Origin: Amoebophrya sp. A120 | Taxonomy: Eukaryota > Protista > Dinoflagellata | Reading direction: 5' to 3' | DNA: 64,000 nucleotides | Assembly: GCA_905178155.1 (NCBI GenBank) | Contig: CAJINV010000002.1 | Span: 3,973,838 to 4,037,837 of the forward strand | In this document: one piece after another, positions 1 to 11,999 of the stretch | Position numbering within the stretch: the first letter of the stretch is position 1 | How the letters are laid out: each line of letters begins with the position of its first letter | Translations under genes and position numbers: made by a program | The notes under the pieces: model-generated | What the model was told of the DNA's origin: nothing | Database searches by the model: none | What the model saw: only the letters and a program-made list of their open reading frames with translations

Positions 1-103
1 TCATGTAGTTGCTGCTGGTCAGCTGCGTGTAAAAAGAGATTTTGCCCGCACGCAGATTTGCATTGGGGTCGTTGGGACCACGTACAACTTTTTACGCCGG
101 ATA
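1..103. mobile_element. Right end of a TAT..ATA introner truncated by the window start
   Basis: Ends ...CAACTTTTTACGCCGGATA like the other right TIRs; the coding frame resumes immediately after. Confidence 0.45.
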
Positions 104-107
104 TTAG

Positions 108-3100
108 GGAGGCGGGGGTGAAGATCCGAATTTCGATCATTACATGGACCAGATTGCGCTTGCCGGCAATTTTTCCGCAGAAGTTTTTGGCGAGCCAGGA
201 GGTTTTGACGCGGTTGCAGAAAAAATCACGGTCGATATCATATGCAAAAACGTCCCCACCCCATAGTCAAGATTGATGGGAACGTAGCAACACAAATCCA
301 GAAGTTTTTGGAGCCACGCATGACAAGTTGCAGTCCGTAGCGTGGTGCATGTTAGCAAGGACAGCCGCATCACAAATACATCTGTTTATACTGTTTGCAG
401 CATTACAAACAAGGTCATGGCGCGGGGACAGAGTCCCCGCGCTGCGACCTTGCGGCGAAGAAGGGCCACCCGCGGTGGCTTTTCTTGCCCATGATGCGGC
501 AGGTTTTTTTTTTTGCGACAGAACGGGGTGGCTTGGCGCCCGTGGTGCCGGCGCCCCCCCTGGAAAAATGCGGCTTTTTCTGCGCCCCTGGGCGGGGCGC
601 CCCCCCCAAAGGACTACCCACGACCAACCGAGGGCGCGGCCGTCCGGGAGGTTGTTCTCCCGAACCAGGGCGCGCGGGCCTGTTTCTGCGCCCCTCCGCG
701 GGGCGCCTCCCCCAATGGACTACCCAAGACCAACCGAGGGCGCGGCCTTACCTCCAGGGCGCGTGGACCTGTTTCTGCGCCCCTTGGCGGGGCGCCCCCC
801 CCAAAGGACTACCCACGACCAACCGAGGGCGCGGCCGTCCTGGAGGTTGTTCTCCCGAACCAGGGCGCGCGGGCCTGTTTCTGCGCCCCTCGGCGGGGCG
901 CCCCCCCAAAGGACTACCCAAGACCAACCGAGGGCGCGGCCTTACCAGGGCGCGTGGACCTGTTTCTGCGCCGCTGGGCGGGGCGCCCCCCCCGAAGGAC
1001 TACCCGCTACCAACCGAGGGCGCGGCCTTCGTGGAGCCTGTTCTCCCGAACCAGGGTGGGCGCGCGGACCTGTTTCTCTCTGCGCCCCGGGGCGGGGCGC
1101 CCCCCCCAAAGGACTACCCAAGACCAACCGAGGGCGCGGCCTTCCCAGGGCGCGTGGACCTGTTTCTGTGCCCCTGGGCGGAGCGCCCCCCCCAAAGGAC
1201 TACCCACGACCAACCGAGGGCGCGGCCTACCTGGAGCCTGTTCATTCTCCCGAACCAGGGTGGGCGCGCGGACCTGTTTCTGCGCCCCTGGGCGGGGCGC
1301 CCCCCCAAAGGACTACCCACGATCATGTGAGGGGGGGCGCGGCCACCTTCCTGGGGCCTGTTCTCCCGAACCAGGGCGCACAGACCTGTTTCTGCGCCCC
1401 TGGGCGGGGCGCCCCCCCCAATGAATAGGCAGCCAACCTTTGGCCCCCGGGGTCGGGCCTGACTCTTGAAAAGCGGCCCCCGGGGTCGGATGTTCCTTTT
1501 CCGAAGTCGGGTGGGGGGCATGTTTTGAGTTGTGCAGGAGGTTTTTGCCGATTCAGGTCGTGTTTGTTTGATACCCCGGAACAGGGGTCGGAACATACCC
1601 CGGAACACACCCCAGAACACACCCCGAAACACACCCCAGACCATGCCCCGAAAGCCACTTTCCGACAGTCAGGTCCGGGGTCGGGCCCGACTCTCGAAAA
1701 GTGACCTCCGGGGCCGGGTGTCACTTTTCCGGAGTCAGGTGTGGGGTATGTTTTGGGGGGTGCATGAGGAAATGGCCGAGTTAGGTCGTGATTGATACCC
1801 CGGAACATGGGTCGGAACATACCCCGGAACACCCCCCAAGTGATCACTTTTGGGCAGTTGCTGCAGTTTAAATAGTAATGCCAAAAGACGATAGGAAATG
1901 CCTCCCTTGGGGACGCGCATTACAAATGTTCCTGTAATTGCATATCTGCAGGACAGCTCTGGGGTGGGGACGTTTTTACACAGGATAGTCGATCAGGCTG
2001 CTCTCATGATTGTAGCCTTGAACGAGACAACCGACCAATTTGTGGCGCAGCTCATGGTTGGCCTTGTGATGCAAATGTCGGTATACAAAGTGATGCCCTT
2101 CTGTTGCACAGATGGCAGCTGGCTGCCGAAAAGAACTTTTGCCGGCGAAAATTATAAAGCCGACGTTGACTGTGGAAAGATGGCAGATGCCGTTGCGGCG
2201 CTGCAGGAGAAGATGCAGCAGCCGCCGCTGGTTAACACGGAGATGGGGCAGGAGTTCAGGAATAGGACTATCGCGATATGGATTGCAAAAATGTCTGGGT
2301 CTGGAAGATTGCCAGGTTTGTCATGCAGGTTTTCCATAACCCATGAGGTCTGGTATGTAGGACATAGCATGACAGATTCTGCGAAGCCTTTCCAATGCCT
2401 ATCCTGCGTGAGAAACTGCCTCTCGATTAGGTCAAAAGTGCACAACCTTTGGCAATCATGCAACACAGTTTTTTGCCTGATTCAGATTTAGCATGACAAG
2501 TTGCATTCTTCCAGACCCAGACATTTTTGCATTTGATACGCGAAGGAGATTTGCAATTCTGCGCCCGAAATTCACATTGCCGAGATGGCTTTGGATGCGG
2601 TGGAGGACAAACAACCAGGCGCTACCGCCGACGCTGCCTGCCTTTTCGTGAAAAACGCGGCCTTGGCCAACGCCAACAAGTGTTGCGAAGGAGCGCCGAG
2701 CAACACGTGGCGGGTCGTTTCGCAAGAAGACGGAGACGCTGAAAACTCCGCCGAGGGAAATGAAATCGGTGGAGACGAGGATGATTTTTATACAAGCCGC
2801 ACCTGCGGCGCCGTTTTCGAACTGCACTTTCGCATGAAAACGCACATCGAGAACGAAAAAGCAAACAGCGGAAAAAACAAACGAGGATCAAGAACATACC
2901 CTTGACGGACACTGCAAGCTGAGTGCTGACGGGGTTTTGGACCCCTTCGTGTTTCCGTCCTCGCTTAGTTGGCTGTGCACGGAGAAGTATGATGTTGCGG
3001 CACTCCATGATGTCGGGACGGTTTTGGCAATTGTGGAGGACGATGATCTACTTCCTGAAGATCCTGCCGCGGCGGGGGGAGACACAAACAACGACGACCA

Positions 3101-3898
3101 CAAAACAAGCACCACAAACTCATTTTCGCTGGATGTTGCGTGCCGGTCGTTGCAGAATGTGGTTAACGCAAAGTCTGCCACCTGTTGCAAGGACAATGAG
3201 TGGAAGGTGGATACTAGTACAACCACTGCGGCGGCGGGGGACGAATACGAAAGCGCTGAACAATACGAAGCCAAGATTTGTGGAGAAGTGAAAAAAGCGT
3301 ATGAACACGGTTAGTCCGTCCTTCCGACGTGCAGTGTGGCGAAAGTGGAGCTCAATGCTGCTTGCGCCCTTCCTCCGCCCGCCAAGGAGGAGCCGCCTGC
3401 ACTGGGCGGAGCATCCGAGGACGAGCGCTCCACATCCGGAACAAAGACCACTTCTGTTGAACCGCCTACCTCCACCCCCCAGCATCCTGACAACGATATC
3501 AAATGTGGAAACTACATGGGGTCTCTGGTGGGTGTGGAAGAATGCACATATAATACGGAAAATTTGCCTTGTTGAGTCTTGCATTTATTTGGTAGACGGG
3601 CAGTAGCGCATCTTCATAAAAAATGTGGATGTTTCGTGGCTGATTTTCGCAGATTTACTCGTACTGAGTCGCATGATAACCGCAACTCTGCCCTCTAGTG
3701 TGAGAAACAAGCCCGCTGGTCTTTGTCGTCAATGCAATACAACTCAGAGCCGTCTTGTCGGACGAGTCTGGCATGGCATTACAAATCCATCCCGCCAGAA
3801 TCACATTTGCAATGTCCATAGAACTCCTTTCCGCGTCGAAGGCTAACACGAAGATGGAGGAGGAGGACGAGGGAACCTTCCTTCTCAACTGCTGCTAG
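108..3898 (+). CDS. Cys-rich secreted/surface-type protein, 5' end outside the window; possibly a pseudogene. Paralog of the 6159 and 12000 genes
   Basis: Removing elements 236-1987, 2277-2538 and 3497-3820 (each +5 bp) joins GGGGEDPNFDHY...KITVDQAALMIV...TIAKEICNSAPEIH... and ends EEEDEGTFLLNCC*. It shares KVELxAACALP with ~8775. There is an apparent frameshift in the A-runs at ~2850-2880 and an in-frame TAG at 3312-3314. Confidence 0.6.
410..1878 (-). mobile_element. Non-autonomous Helitron-like element with GC-rich minisatellites
   Basis: On the minus strand it starts TTACTAT and ends CTTG, sits between host A and T with no TSD, and has a perfect 10-bp-stem hairpin GCGCGGGGAC-aga-GTCCCCGCGC at 420-442, 10 nt from the 3' end. 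Confidence 0.65.
575..1422. repeat. GC-rich tandem repeat, units of ~90-110 bp
   Basis: About 8 copies of GCGCCCCCCCAAAGGACTACCCA(C/A)GACCAACCGAGGGCGCGGCC...CCTGTTTCTGCGCCCC; the long ORFs over it are repeat artefacts. Confidence 0.9.
2277..2538. mobile_element. Introner family A (262 bp)
   Basis: TIR TAT..GCAAAAATGTCTGGGTCTGGAA; TSD CGCGA/CGCGA; removal restores frame. Confidence 0.93.
3497..3820. mobile_element. Degenerate introner, family A-like (324 bp)
   Basis: TATCAAATGTGGAAAC...CACATTTGCAATGTCCATA; the TSD is eroded, but removal +5 bp yields the family C-terminus EGTFLLNCC*. Confidence 0.6.
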
Positions 3899-4510
3899 AT
3901 GTTGAACCAGTAGCGAGACGAAAAGAGGACAACTATGTGACCACACGAAGCGATCGATGGCAAAAAAAAAAACTTCTAGTTTACGAATTACTAATCGGCG
4001 ACGCATATTAGCTCCTGTCTTCAGAGGATGTGGCTTTCTGCATAGTTTAGTCATTTGGACAAGGAGTTTTGGTTTTGGATTCTGCGACAACATTTTGAAC
4101 GATCATATCATACCTTCTGTTTTAGTTTTTTCTGGCTCCATATTAAGTACTTAAGTAATTACTCCTCCGTGTTTTGCATGTTTGAGTTTGCTTGCGTTTC
4201 ACTTGTATCATTTGAAACAGGCACTTGCCCCTTGAATACTTTCTTTTCGCATTTTTACAAATTCAAAGCTCTCGTCTGGTTCCTTTTTTTGCATTTTCTT
4301 CTGGATAGTCGTACGATGTAACCCCTGCATAAGGAAGTGGATCAGGAACAAAAGATAACCCCCAGTTTCACGACCCCATACACCCAAAAATAAACTTTCA
4401 CAAACTCAGCGTCCTCGCTCCACAAAAAGCAGATAGTACAGCAAATGCAAAGGCAGTAGCTGGCGAGAAGTAGATGTCGACTTTTTGGTATTTTGCTCTT
4501 CTGGCTCTTG

Positions 4511-5638
4511 TTTTCGGTGAAGGTCGGTATGGAGTTGGCGCTGAATAGATGGAACGGATTTTCTTGATTGTTTATCAATGAGTGTCGCTCACGTTGTAAA
4601 TGTAATGCACATGATGATGGTTGGATGTAAGTTTTGAGATGTAACATGATGGTTGGCCGGTTATTCTCTCTCACGCTCTTGTTCTTTCTGGTTTGTTATT
4701 GAAAAACGTTTTCGTCTGCTTGGTTTTCTACAACCTCGACGTTGTGCCGATATGACGGTGGATGTGGCTGGGGCACCGAGCAACCATCTCACACCTTCCT
4801 ACCCGCAGCCGCAGATTCAAAAGCAGCAGCATGCGGCTAGCAACCCGGGCACTTTGAACCGAATGTTACCTATTGGAGATCATGACGGCGGCAAATCCAA
4901 TTTTCAGCAAAGCACCCCGCTGCAGCATGCACAGGGGAACTACATACAGAACGACAACAATAACTACTACGGGAAGCAAATGCACATGAATTCCTCTGGA
5001 GGCGGGGCAAGCGCCCACACGCTCGCTATGGCGCAGAAACAGCTCGGGCCGCCTACCTACCACAACATCTCCACACCTGCTAATGCGAGGCAGGGCGGGC
5101 AACCACACGGGAAAGGGGGACAGCAGCGACAGTTCCGCCCGAAACCAGTGCCGAATGTGCCGGTGGTTTACAAACGCGATGATAGCGGCCGGGTTACTGG
5201 TTTGCTTGTGAATTACCTCCACACGTCCCAAGTCGGGTGGATTAAACCGCAGTACCAGCCCGCACCGGAAGACGGGACTGGTCAGCTAGTCGACCCTGGA
5301 TTAGGCGAAGCATATTTTAACGAGTCGATGCTGCGCCCGGACTGCGATAACTTGAACATGCCGAAGCAGTTCAACATGTTGTGTAGTTTCGTCCCGGCAT
5401 TTGGCACCCATCCCAGAAGTGGCAAGCCGTGTATCAACGCCTCTGACGTCATCATCCACGGTCACATCAAGAAGACTACTGACGAGCCTGGTTGTGGGGC
5501 TGAGGAGTTGAGGGCTATCGCGGAGGAAGCAGCACAGGCGAAGGTCGCCCCGTTTCAGGCTCAGCTCACGGCGATCGGCGGTAAGGTTGACGGGCCAACC
5601 TTGACATCTTCTTTTCGGTGAAGGTCGGTATGGAGTTG
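4511..5638 (+). repeat. 27-bp exact direct repeat bracketing the 4753-5621 ORF
   Basis: TTTTCGGTGAAGGTCGGTATGGAGTTG at 4511-4537 and 5612-5638. Confidence 0.85.
4753..5621 (+). CDS. Intronless protein with a Q/N/G-rich N-terminus and a divergent cold-shock/OB-fold-like domain
   Basis: RVTGLLVNYLHTSQVGWIKP...GEAYFNESML...MLCSFVP...GKPCINASDV follows the strand pattern of cold-shock domains (by-eye match only). Confidence 0.6.
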
Positions 5639-6158
5639 TCGCATTCAAGATCGTCGCTTGTCCTCCATTCAGGATCGTGGTTTGACCGATTCAGAAAGGT
5701 GTTTGTCGGTTTCAGGAAATTGTTTGTCGGTTAGAAGAAGTAAAGTTTCTCGGTATGAAGTATGCAAATTTCGGTTTGGTATAAAAAACAAAAAAAGTGA
5801 AGTAAAACAAAAAAATGCAGCTCGAAAAGCTACAGCATCGAGGTTTTGTTTTTTCTGGATCAAGCCGGTGCCAGCGGTCTACTTTACTAATTTGGTCCTT
5901 CATACTTCTTTTTCCCAAAGAACAGGTTTGTGTCTTCTTCTTCACCTCAACATCGAGTTGCGGGCACCCGCCATCAAGTCTGAACTGGAGCGGACAGTAA
6001 GTGAGTATCTTCTGCAGGGGTTTCTTTGCAATTGCATCCTGCAAAAAATTCATTTAGCGCCATTTTCAAAAGGAGACGACCTCTGAAATAGAGTATAAAC
6101 GGACCGGAAGCGAAGTAAGTTTAGTAGACCTAAACAGCACCTGCTTTTCCCTCCAAAA

Positions 6159-9100
6159 ATGAAAATCTACGTGTTCATGAAGACTCCTTGCCCTGTCGGC
6201 CGTTCTGCCGCCGCGGCGGCGTTTTTTATCACTATTGCGCTACAGGATCACGTGGTGAAGTTTTCCAGCGGACTGCGGGTGCAAGAAGTTGCGCGGCGGG
6301 CGGTGGCGCACGAAGTAGATGAAGAGCATGCTGGGAAGCAGGTTCTTCCCGGAGCACCAGCATTGGGCGTTGCCACCAGTCCAGCCTATCCAGACAACCT
6401 GGTAAACGCTGTGAGTGCCGCGGATGAAAAAGTAAAAAAAATTGACGTCGCCGACGGCGTATGAGAGTGCACAACTCCCCCTCCCCCTCATTTGTAATGC
6501 AAAAGCGTAAATCCAAGTGCTTCCCTGTGGCACTGTATGCATGAGAGATTTTTCCGGTAGCCCAAAGAGCACTACACTAGGTGCATGAACTTGTCATGCT
6601 CAGGCTCCACGTGTGCTGGTGTTTGTATTGCTGTTCATGCAGTACAAATGAGGGGGCGGGGGGGGGGTTGTGCACTGTCATACGGCGCTACCCTAGCTGC
6701 AGCCTCTCATGCGGTACACCAAGCCGTACCAAATGTAAAAATGTCTGGGTCTGGAAACTTGTGATGCTGGGTGGCATATCATGAGGAAACCACAAGTGCT
6801 GGCTCAGCATGAGAAGTTTCTAAGCTTCTAGGTATTGCCTATTCTGCATGACAAACTGCGTTTCTGCATGACAGAAAAGTGGCGCTCTTGGGTAACGTGC
6901 ATGACAGATTTGAGAGTCATGCCAGACACGCATGACAAACATGGACTCTTCCAGACCCAGACATTTTTACATTTGATAGGCCGGCGACGAAAACGACGCG
7001 TCGGCACGCGCTGGGGAGCCAAATTGTTGCAACGTCGAAGGAGTAGACCACCGCACGACCTGGAAGGCAACCGATGGTGCTTCCTGCCAGACGCTTTTCA
7101 CTGCCCTCAACACGTTGAAAACGGCCTGGAATACGCTTTCTCAAAAGGATATGGATGTGTCCGGATCGAAATCGACAAAATCGAAAAATTTGTAATGCCT
7201 AGAATGTAGGGCAAGTAAGGCCTGTGTTGGGGAGCAGGCAAATGAGACCGACTGCAAGCCTGTTTAGGGGAAGGCGATGCGCTGCCAAAGTAGCACGACA
7301 GGAGCAGTCTTCTTTGCCCAAACAGCATGACAGACTGGATTTTGGTGCTCCCGAAATTTGTCATGCGCCACTTGGAAACTGAGGCCCCAAGTGGTATCGA
7401 TTTTATGCATCACAAATTATTTCGATTTTGTTGATTTCGATCCTGACACTCCCATAAGAGAAAAGGGCAACGCTTTGAATGCCGGTTCCGGCGTGCCCGT
7501 CGACCTCGATCTGGCGGAAAAGTTTTGCAGAGAAGCGTATCAAATGCAAATGTGTCTGGGTCTGGAAAAGTGGAGCAAACTTGTAATGCGTGTCTGGTAT
7601 TCCTAGAAAATCTGTGTTGCGTGAGCAGCAGAAGAGCCGCTTCCTTTGTCATGCAAAAACGCGATTTGTTTATGCTTGTTAGACATCAGAAAGCGTTACA
7701 AAAACTCGTCATGCTTGGCTGCCATTGCAAGCGTTGCAATCAGCTGCAAATCAGCATCACATGTTTCCAGACCCAGACATATTAGCAACGCATAAAGCGG
7801 TACTTGCGAACGTCCGAGTCCTGGTGCGCGACCTGGATGCCACGGCTAATGCAACCGCTCAGGGGAATGCCTGCACGGCGGTCACGAATGTTATCCGTCG
7901 GACTAAGAACTGGTGTTGCCATTATGATACAGACGGCATTACGACTATCTGGTCGGACCCAACGGACAGAGCAGGGTCGCCTCTGAGCACATTGTGCGCC
8001 AGGATCGCCTCTGAGCAGAGCAACATGGAGGCAAAAATCAGCAATCTTGGGGGTGTATCAAATGCAAAGATGTCTGGGTGTGGAAGATTGCCAGGTTTGT
8101 CATGCTTGTCTGGCATGACCAAAAAGTTTGTGATGCGTGTCCAAGAAGAGACCCTTTTGCCTGTCATGCAAAAACGCAGTCTGTCATGCGAAAAACGCAA
8201 CACAAGGAAGCGCAGATATTTCTCATGCTTGCCTATGCATTACAGAGCATTCACTATTGCCAACGCAGCATTACAAGTTTCGGTTTCCAGACCCAGACAT
8301 TTTTACATTTGATAGGGTGGCATCCCCATCGATAGAAATGCGGTTCCGCAGTGTGGGGATTATCCCACGAAAAAAGTGTTACAGTTACACATTTGTTGGA
8401 ACTTCAGCAACACAAGCTTGCTCTAGTACATTACAGAGAAAACTTGCAATGCAGTGATCCTAAGGGAAAACGTGTATGAAACGAGGCTCGCATGGCTGAG
8501 GCTTTCCGGCATGAGAGAGGTTGTCTGTCATGCGCGTTCTGCAACGCAATGTGTAGCTGTGATACTTTTTTCTTTGCATAGGGATGGTATCCCTTTTGAA
8601 ATTGCACGCTTCATTACTAAGACCGAACTGGGTGCAGTGTGCGAGGCCTTCTTCATGTGCCATATAATGCACCTCCCTGAAGACGAAGTCAATGATGATG
8701 ATGATGATGATGATGACAGTGCCGAGTCCGAGATGTTGCCAGATGGCAGGGTGATGCCTGACAGTGCCGCGAACAAGGTGGAGCTCGATGCTGCTTGCGC
8801 ACTTCCACTTCCGCCCGCGGAGAAGATCCCCGCTGCAGTAGAGCATGAGGGGAACAAGGTTCTTTCCGGAGCACCAGCATTGAGCGTTCTTGCCAGTCCA
8901 GCCTATCCAGACAACCTGGTAAACGCTTATGACCCGCTCAGACGTTACAATCTCTAATCGGTTACCATAGAATCTGGAGTTTGTATTGCATGATGAGCAT
9001 GACAGATTCGGGTTCTGCCAGCATTCCACTTTCTGTAATACAAATTTTGCCAGATAAAAATTGTAGTGCGGTTCGGGACTCCGACTCCGGAACTTGTCAT

Positions 9101-10730
9101 GCGCAATCCTATAGGATGTGGCTAGATAATGCATTTCTTGCATCACAGATTTCCATATTCTATGGTAACCGATTTGAGATAGAGATTGTAACACCTGAGC
9201 AGGTTATGACGCTGTGAGTGCCGCGGATGAAAAAGTAAAAGAAATTGACGTCGCCGACGGCGTATGAGAGTGCACAACTCCCCCTCCCCGTCATTTGTAA
9301 TGCAAAAGCCTAAATCCAAGTGCTTCCCTGTGGCACTGTATGCATGAGAGATTTTTCCGGAAGCCTAAAGAGTACTACACTAGGTCCATGAACTTGTCGT
9401 GCACAGGCTCCACGTGTGCTGGTATTTGTATTGCTGTTGATGCAGTACAAATGAGGGGGCGGGGGGGGGGTTGTGCACTGTCACACGGCGCTACCCTAGC
9501 TGCTGCCTCTCGTGCGGTAGTGCAAGCCGGCGACGAAAACGATGCGTCGGCACGCGCTGGGGAGCCAAATTGTTGCAACTACGAAAAAGACCACTCTATC
9601 ACCTGGAAGGCAACCGATGGTGCTTCCTGCCAGACGCTTTTCACTGCCTTCAACACGTTAAAAACGGCGTGGGATACGGCTCCAGAAAGCGAAAAGGGCA
9701 ATGCTTTCTTGCATTTCGGTGCCGTCGTGGGAACGGATCTGGCGAAATCGTTTTGCACAGAAGCGTATGCATTGCAAAAGTATCTTCGCACTCGTATAAA
9801 GAAAATGCGTCACAAACTATTTCCTCAGCATGAGAAATGAAATTTGTAATGCGGATTTAGCTTGAGTAGAGCAAGGGCATTATAACTGCGAGTACTTACT
9901 ACGAGTGCGATACTTTTGCACAGGATAAAGCGGCACTTGCGAACGCCCAACAACTGGTAGGCAACCTGGATGCCACGGCTAATGCAACCGCTCAGGGGAA
10001 TGCCTGCACGGCGGTCACGAACGTTATCCATCTATCCAAGATGAAAAAAACTGTGTAAGTGTAACTTTGATGTGTTGCAGAAGAAAATGCAAACCTGTTT
10101 TTAATACACTTGTCATGCTGCACATGCATCCTCGGTAGAGGCTATTTATTTCGTACTTGTTGTTTTCAAGTACTTGCTACGCATGTATTTTCTGTGTCAT
10201 GCAGAGCAAAGAACTATGTGAAGATCATGCTATTTTTCCTCGTCCATAGAAGCTTACGCGTACGCAGTTTTTTCTTGCATACCATCGGACTAAGAACTAC
10301 TGTTGCAGAGAGGATACAGACGGGACTAATGATGCACAGAGGATGCGGGATAAGCTGCTCGGACCCGTCGGGTACCTCGGCACTGTCTGGTCGGACCCGA
10401 CGGGCAGCAGCACATTGTGCGCCAGGGTTGCCTCTGAGCAGAGCAAGATGGAGGCAAAAATCAGCAATCTTGGGGATAGCATCACCTCCATCGATAAAAA
10501 TGCGGTTCCGCAGTGCGACTCCCCGCCCTTTATTGCTAAGAGACTACTGGCCGGCGCATCTGCCTTAACACTGTGCGGGGCCACCTTGGAGGGGATGAAG
10601 GAACTTTCTTGGCGAAGAAGAAAGTCCGCTTCGAGGCCGTACGATGTAGTTTTCTCCTCGGAGGGGCCTTTCATTCCTCTGGGAGACGGAAGACGACGAT
10701 GAAGGGACCTTTCTTCTCAATTGCTGTTAG
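6159..10730 (+). CDS. Cys-rich secreted/surface-type protein with two tandem internal domain copies and 10 introners
   Basis: Removing 10 elements (+5 bp each) gives an open 687-codon frame from 6159 to 10702. It has an N-terminal hydrophobic segment, and the domain PAYPDNLVNAVS...EPNCCN...TWKATDGASCQTLF occurs twice. The family C-terminus EGTFLLNCC* (stop 10728-10730) lies one base out of frame at the G-run ~10681. Confidence 0.85.
6460..6682. mobile_element. Introner family E (223 bp)
   Basis: TIR TATGAGAGTGCACAACTCCCCCTC; TSD CGGCG/CGGCG. Confidence 0.92.
6727..6978. mobile_element. Introner family A (252 bp)
   Basis: Starts TAC; TSD AGCCG/GGCCG; the paralogous site at ~9524 is empty. 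Confidence 0.92.
7150..7456. mobile_element. Introner family H (307 bp)
   Basis: TIR TATGGATGTGTCCGGATCGAAATCGACAAAATCGAAA; TSD AAGGA/AGAGA; empty in the second domain copy. Confidence 0.88.
7538..7794. mobile_element. Introner family A (257 bp)
   Basis: TSD AAGCG/AAGCG. Confidence 0.92.
8056..8314. mobile_element. Introner family A (259 bp)
   Basis: TSD GGGTG/GGGTG; empty at ~10472. Confidence 0.92.
8361..8580. mobile_element. Introner family G-like (220 bp)
   Basis: TATCCCACGAAAAAAGTGTTACAG...CTGTGATACTTTTTTCTTTGCATA; TSD GGGAT/GGGAT. Confidence 0.9.
8928..9208. mobile_element. Introner family F (281 bp)
   Basis: TIR TATGACCCGCTCAGACGTTACAATCTC, ends ATG; TSD ACGCT/ACGCT; empty at 6406-6410. 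Confidence 0.9.
9263..9485. mobile_element. Introner family E (223 bp), duplicate of 6460-6682
   Basis: Near-identical sequence at the same site; TSD CGGCG/CGGCG; ends ACA. Confidence 0.92.
9766..9927. mobile_element. Introner family B (162 bp)
   Basis: TATGCATTGCAAAAGTATC...CGATACTTTTGCACAGGATA; TSD AAGCG/AAGCG. Confidence 0.92.
10033..10281. mobile_element. Introner family G-like (249 bp)
   Basis: TSD CCATC/CCATC; empty at ~7895. Confidence 0.88.
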
Positions 10731-11999
10731 ATGTAGGAACACGATGTGTCAGTCAATCTCGTGCTCGTCATTCCTGGCGCCTTAGACCGCTCGGCCAAAC
10801 TGTCGTCGACATCCCCTATGGAGTACGTAGAACTCGGCCGCTCTTCGTTCACGATCCTTCATTTTTCTTCTGCGACCATCGATCTTGAAATTAGTAGTGC
10901 GCAAATTTTTCTTATACCACATCACTTGTGCAGATACTTAGGAAAGTTTTCCTCCGGTCGTTATTTCACTACTAGTACATCTCATCATTTCATACGCGCG
11001 ACTGACGTCACATCATGACGCGCTAACATTCGACATTATTCCTCAACCTTGACTACAAGTGTCATAGTCATAGAAGTCATAGTGGATATAATATCGATGG
11101 TGATGCTACAATTTTGTATACACTCAGTGTCTATACACGACCACTCGCCTAGAGCATGTTTCTATCGCGTCAGTTGCACATCACAAGACAGCTGACAGGA
11201 CCTCTTTTTTTTTGGCTCGCAGTCTGGTGGGTAAAGACACAACTTAACTTCGCATTGGATAAGACACATCGATCCAGCCGCAAGTTTTTTCTCCTCCTTT
11301 TCACTTTCGGTGTTCGTTCCTTGGCGGTCGCGCTTCGCGGCCGTATGTTCATCCACAACTGTGTCGTGGGGTTCTCGTAGTACGCGGCTCACGCATGGGC
11401 ACCGCTCAACACGCGCCATTCGTATTGATGTCTGTCGTAGTTGCTTAAGGGCGAGGGCGAGGACCGCCCGATTGCTCTTGTATTTGTGTTTCGTCGTCAT
11501 GGAACATCGGTATTGTCGTACAACATGCTGTCGTTCAGAACGTAGTTTTACAGTTGGTCGCTCGGAACCAAAGTCTTGTCGTTCTTCTACGCTCGACTTG
11601 AAGTCGTGGAATTGTATTCGTTTTCATTTCATCATCCGTACGTGCACGTCTACGTTCACGCTCTGCTTCCCATCAGTCTCGATGAAAACTGAATGAAGAA
11701 TCGTTGTTTCGTCACATACCTTTTTGCACACAGCACACAAGGAAAAAAATCCAGCAGATTTATTGTGTCGTCTCCACGCACCTCATCTAGTCGGGATCTC
11801 CAACTCAGAAATCAAGCTGACGGTTGTAAGTGAGTACCTTTTATTTTAGGAGGTTCCTCGTAGTTGCATCCTGTAAAAATTCTACGCGCCATTTTTCAAA
11901 CCACCTTCGGAATAAAGTATAAACGAAAGCGAGGTTGTATTAAGTGCGACGAGTTTAGTAGACGGACAGCACCAAATCCAAAAACCAAAAATCTACGTC

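Larger units (their letters stand above)
236..1987. mobile_element. Introner family C (1752 bp) carrying a nested Helitron-like insert
   Basis: TIR TATCATATGCAAAAACGTCCCCACCCCA / TGGGGTGGGGACGTTTTTACACAGGATA; TSD GTCGA/GTCGA. Without the insert it is 283 bp, matching the reverse-oriented sister copy 46441-46725. Confidence 0.9.

Noticed and set aside
328-1847. Long overlapping ORFs of 170-366 aa
   Set aside because: They are translations of a GC-rich, stop-poor tandem repeat inside a nested element.
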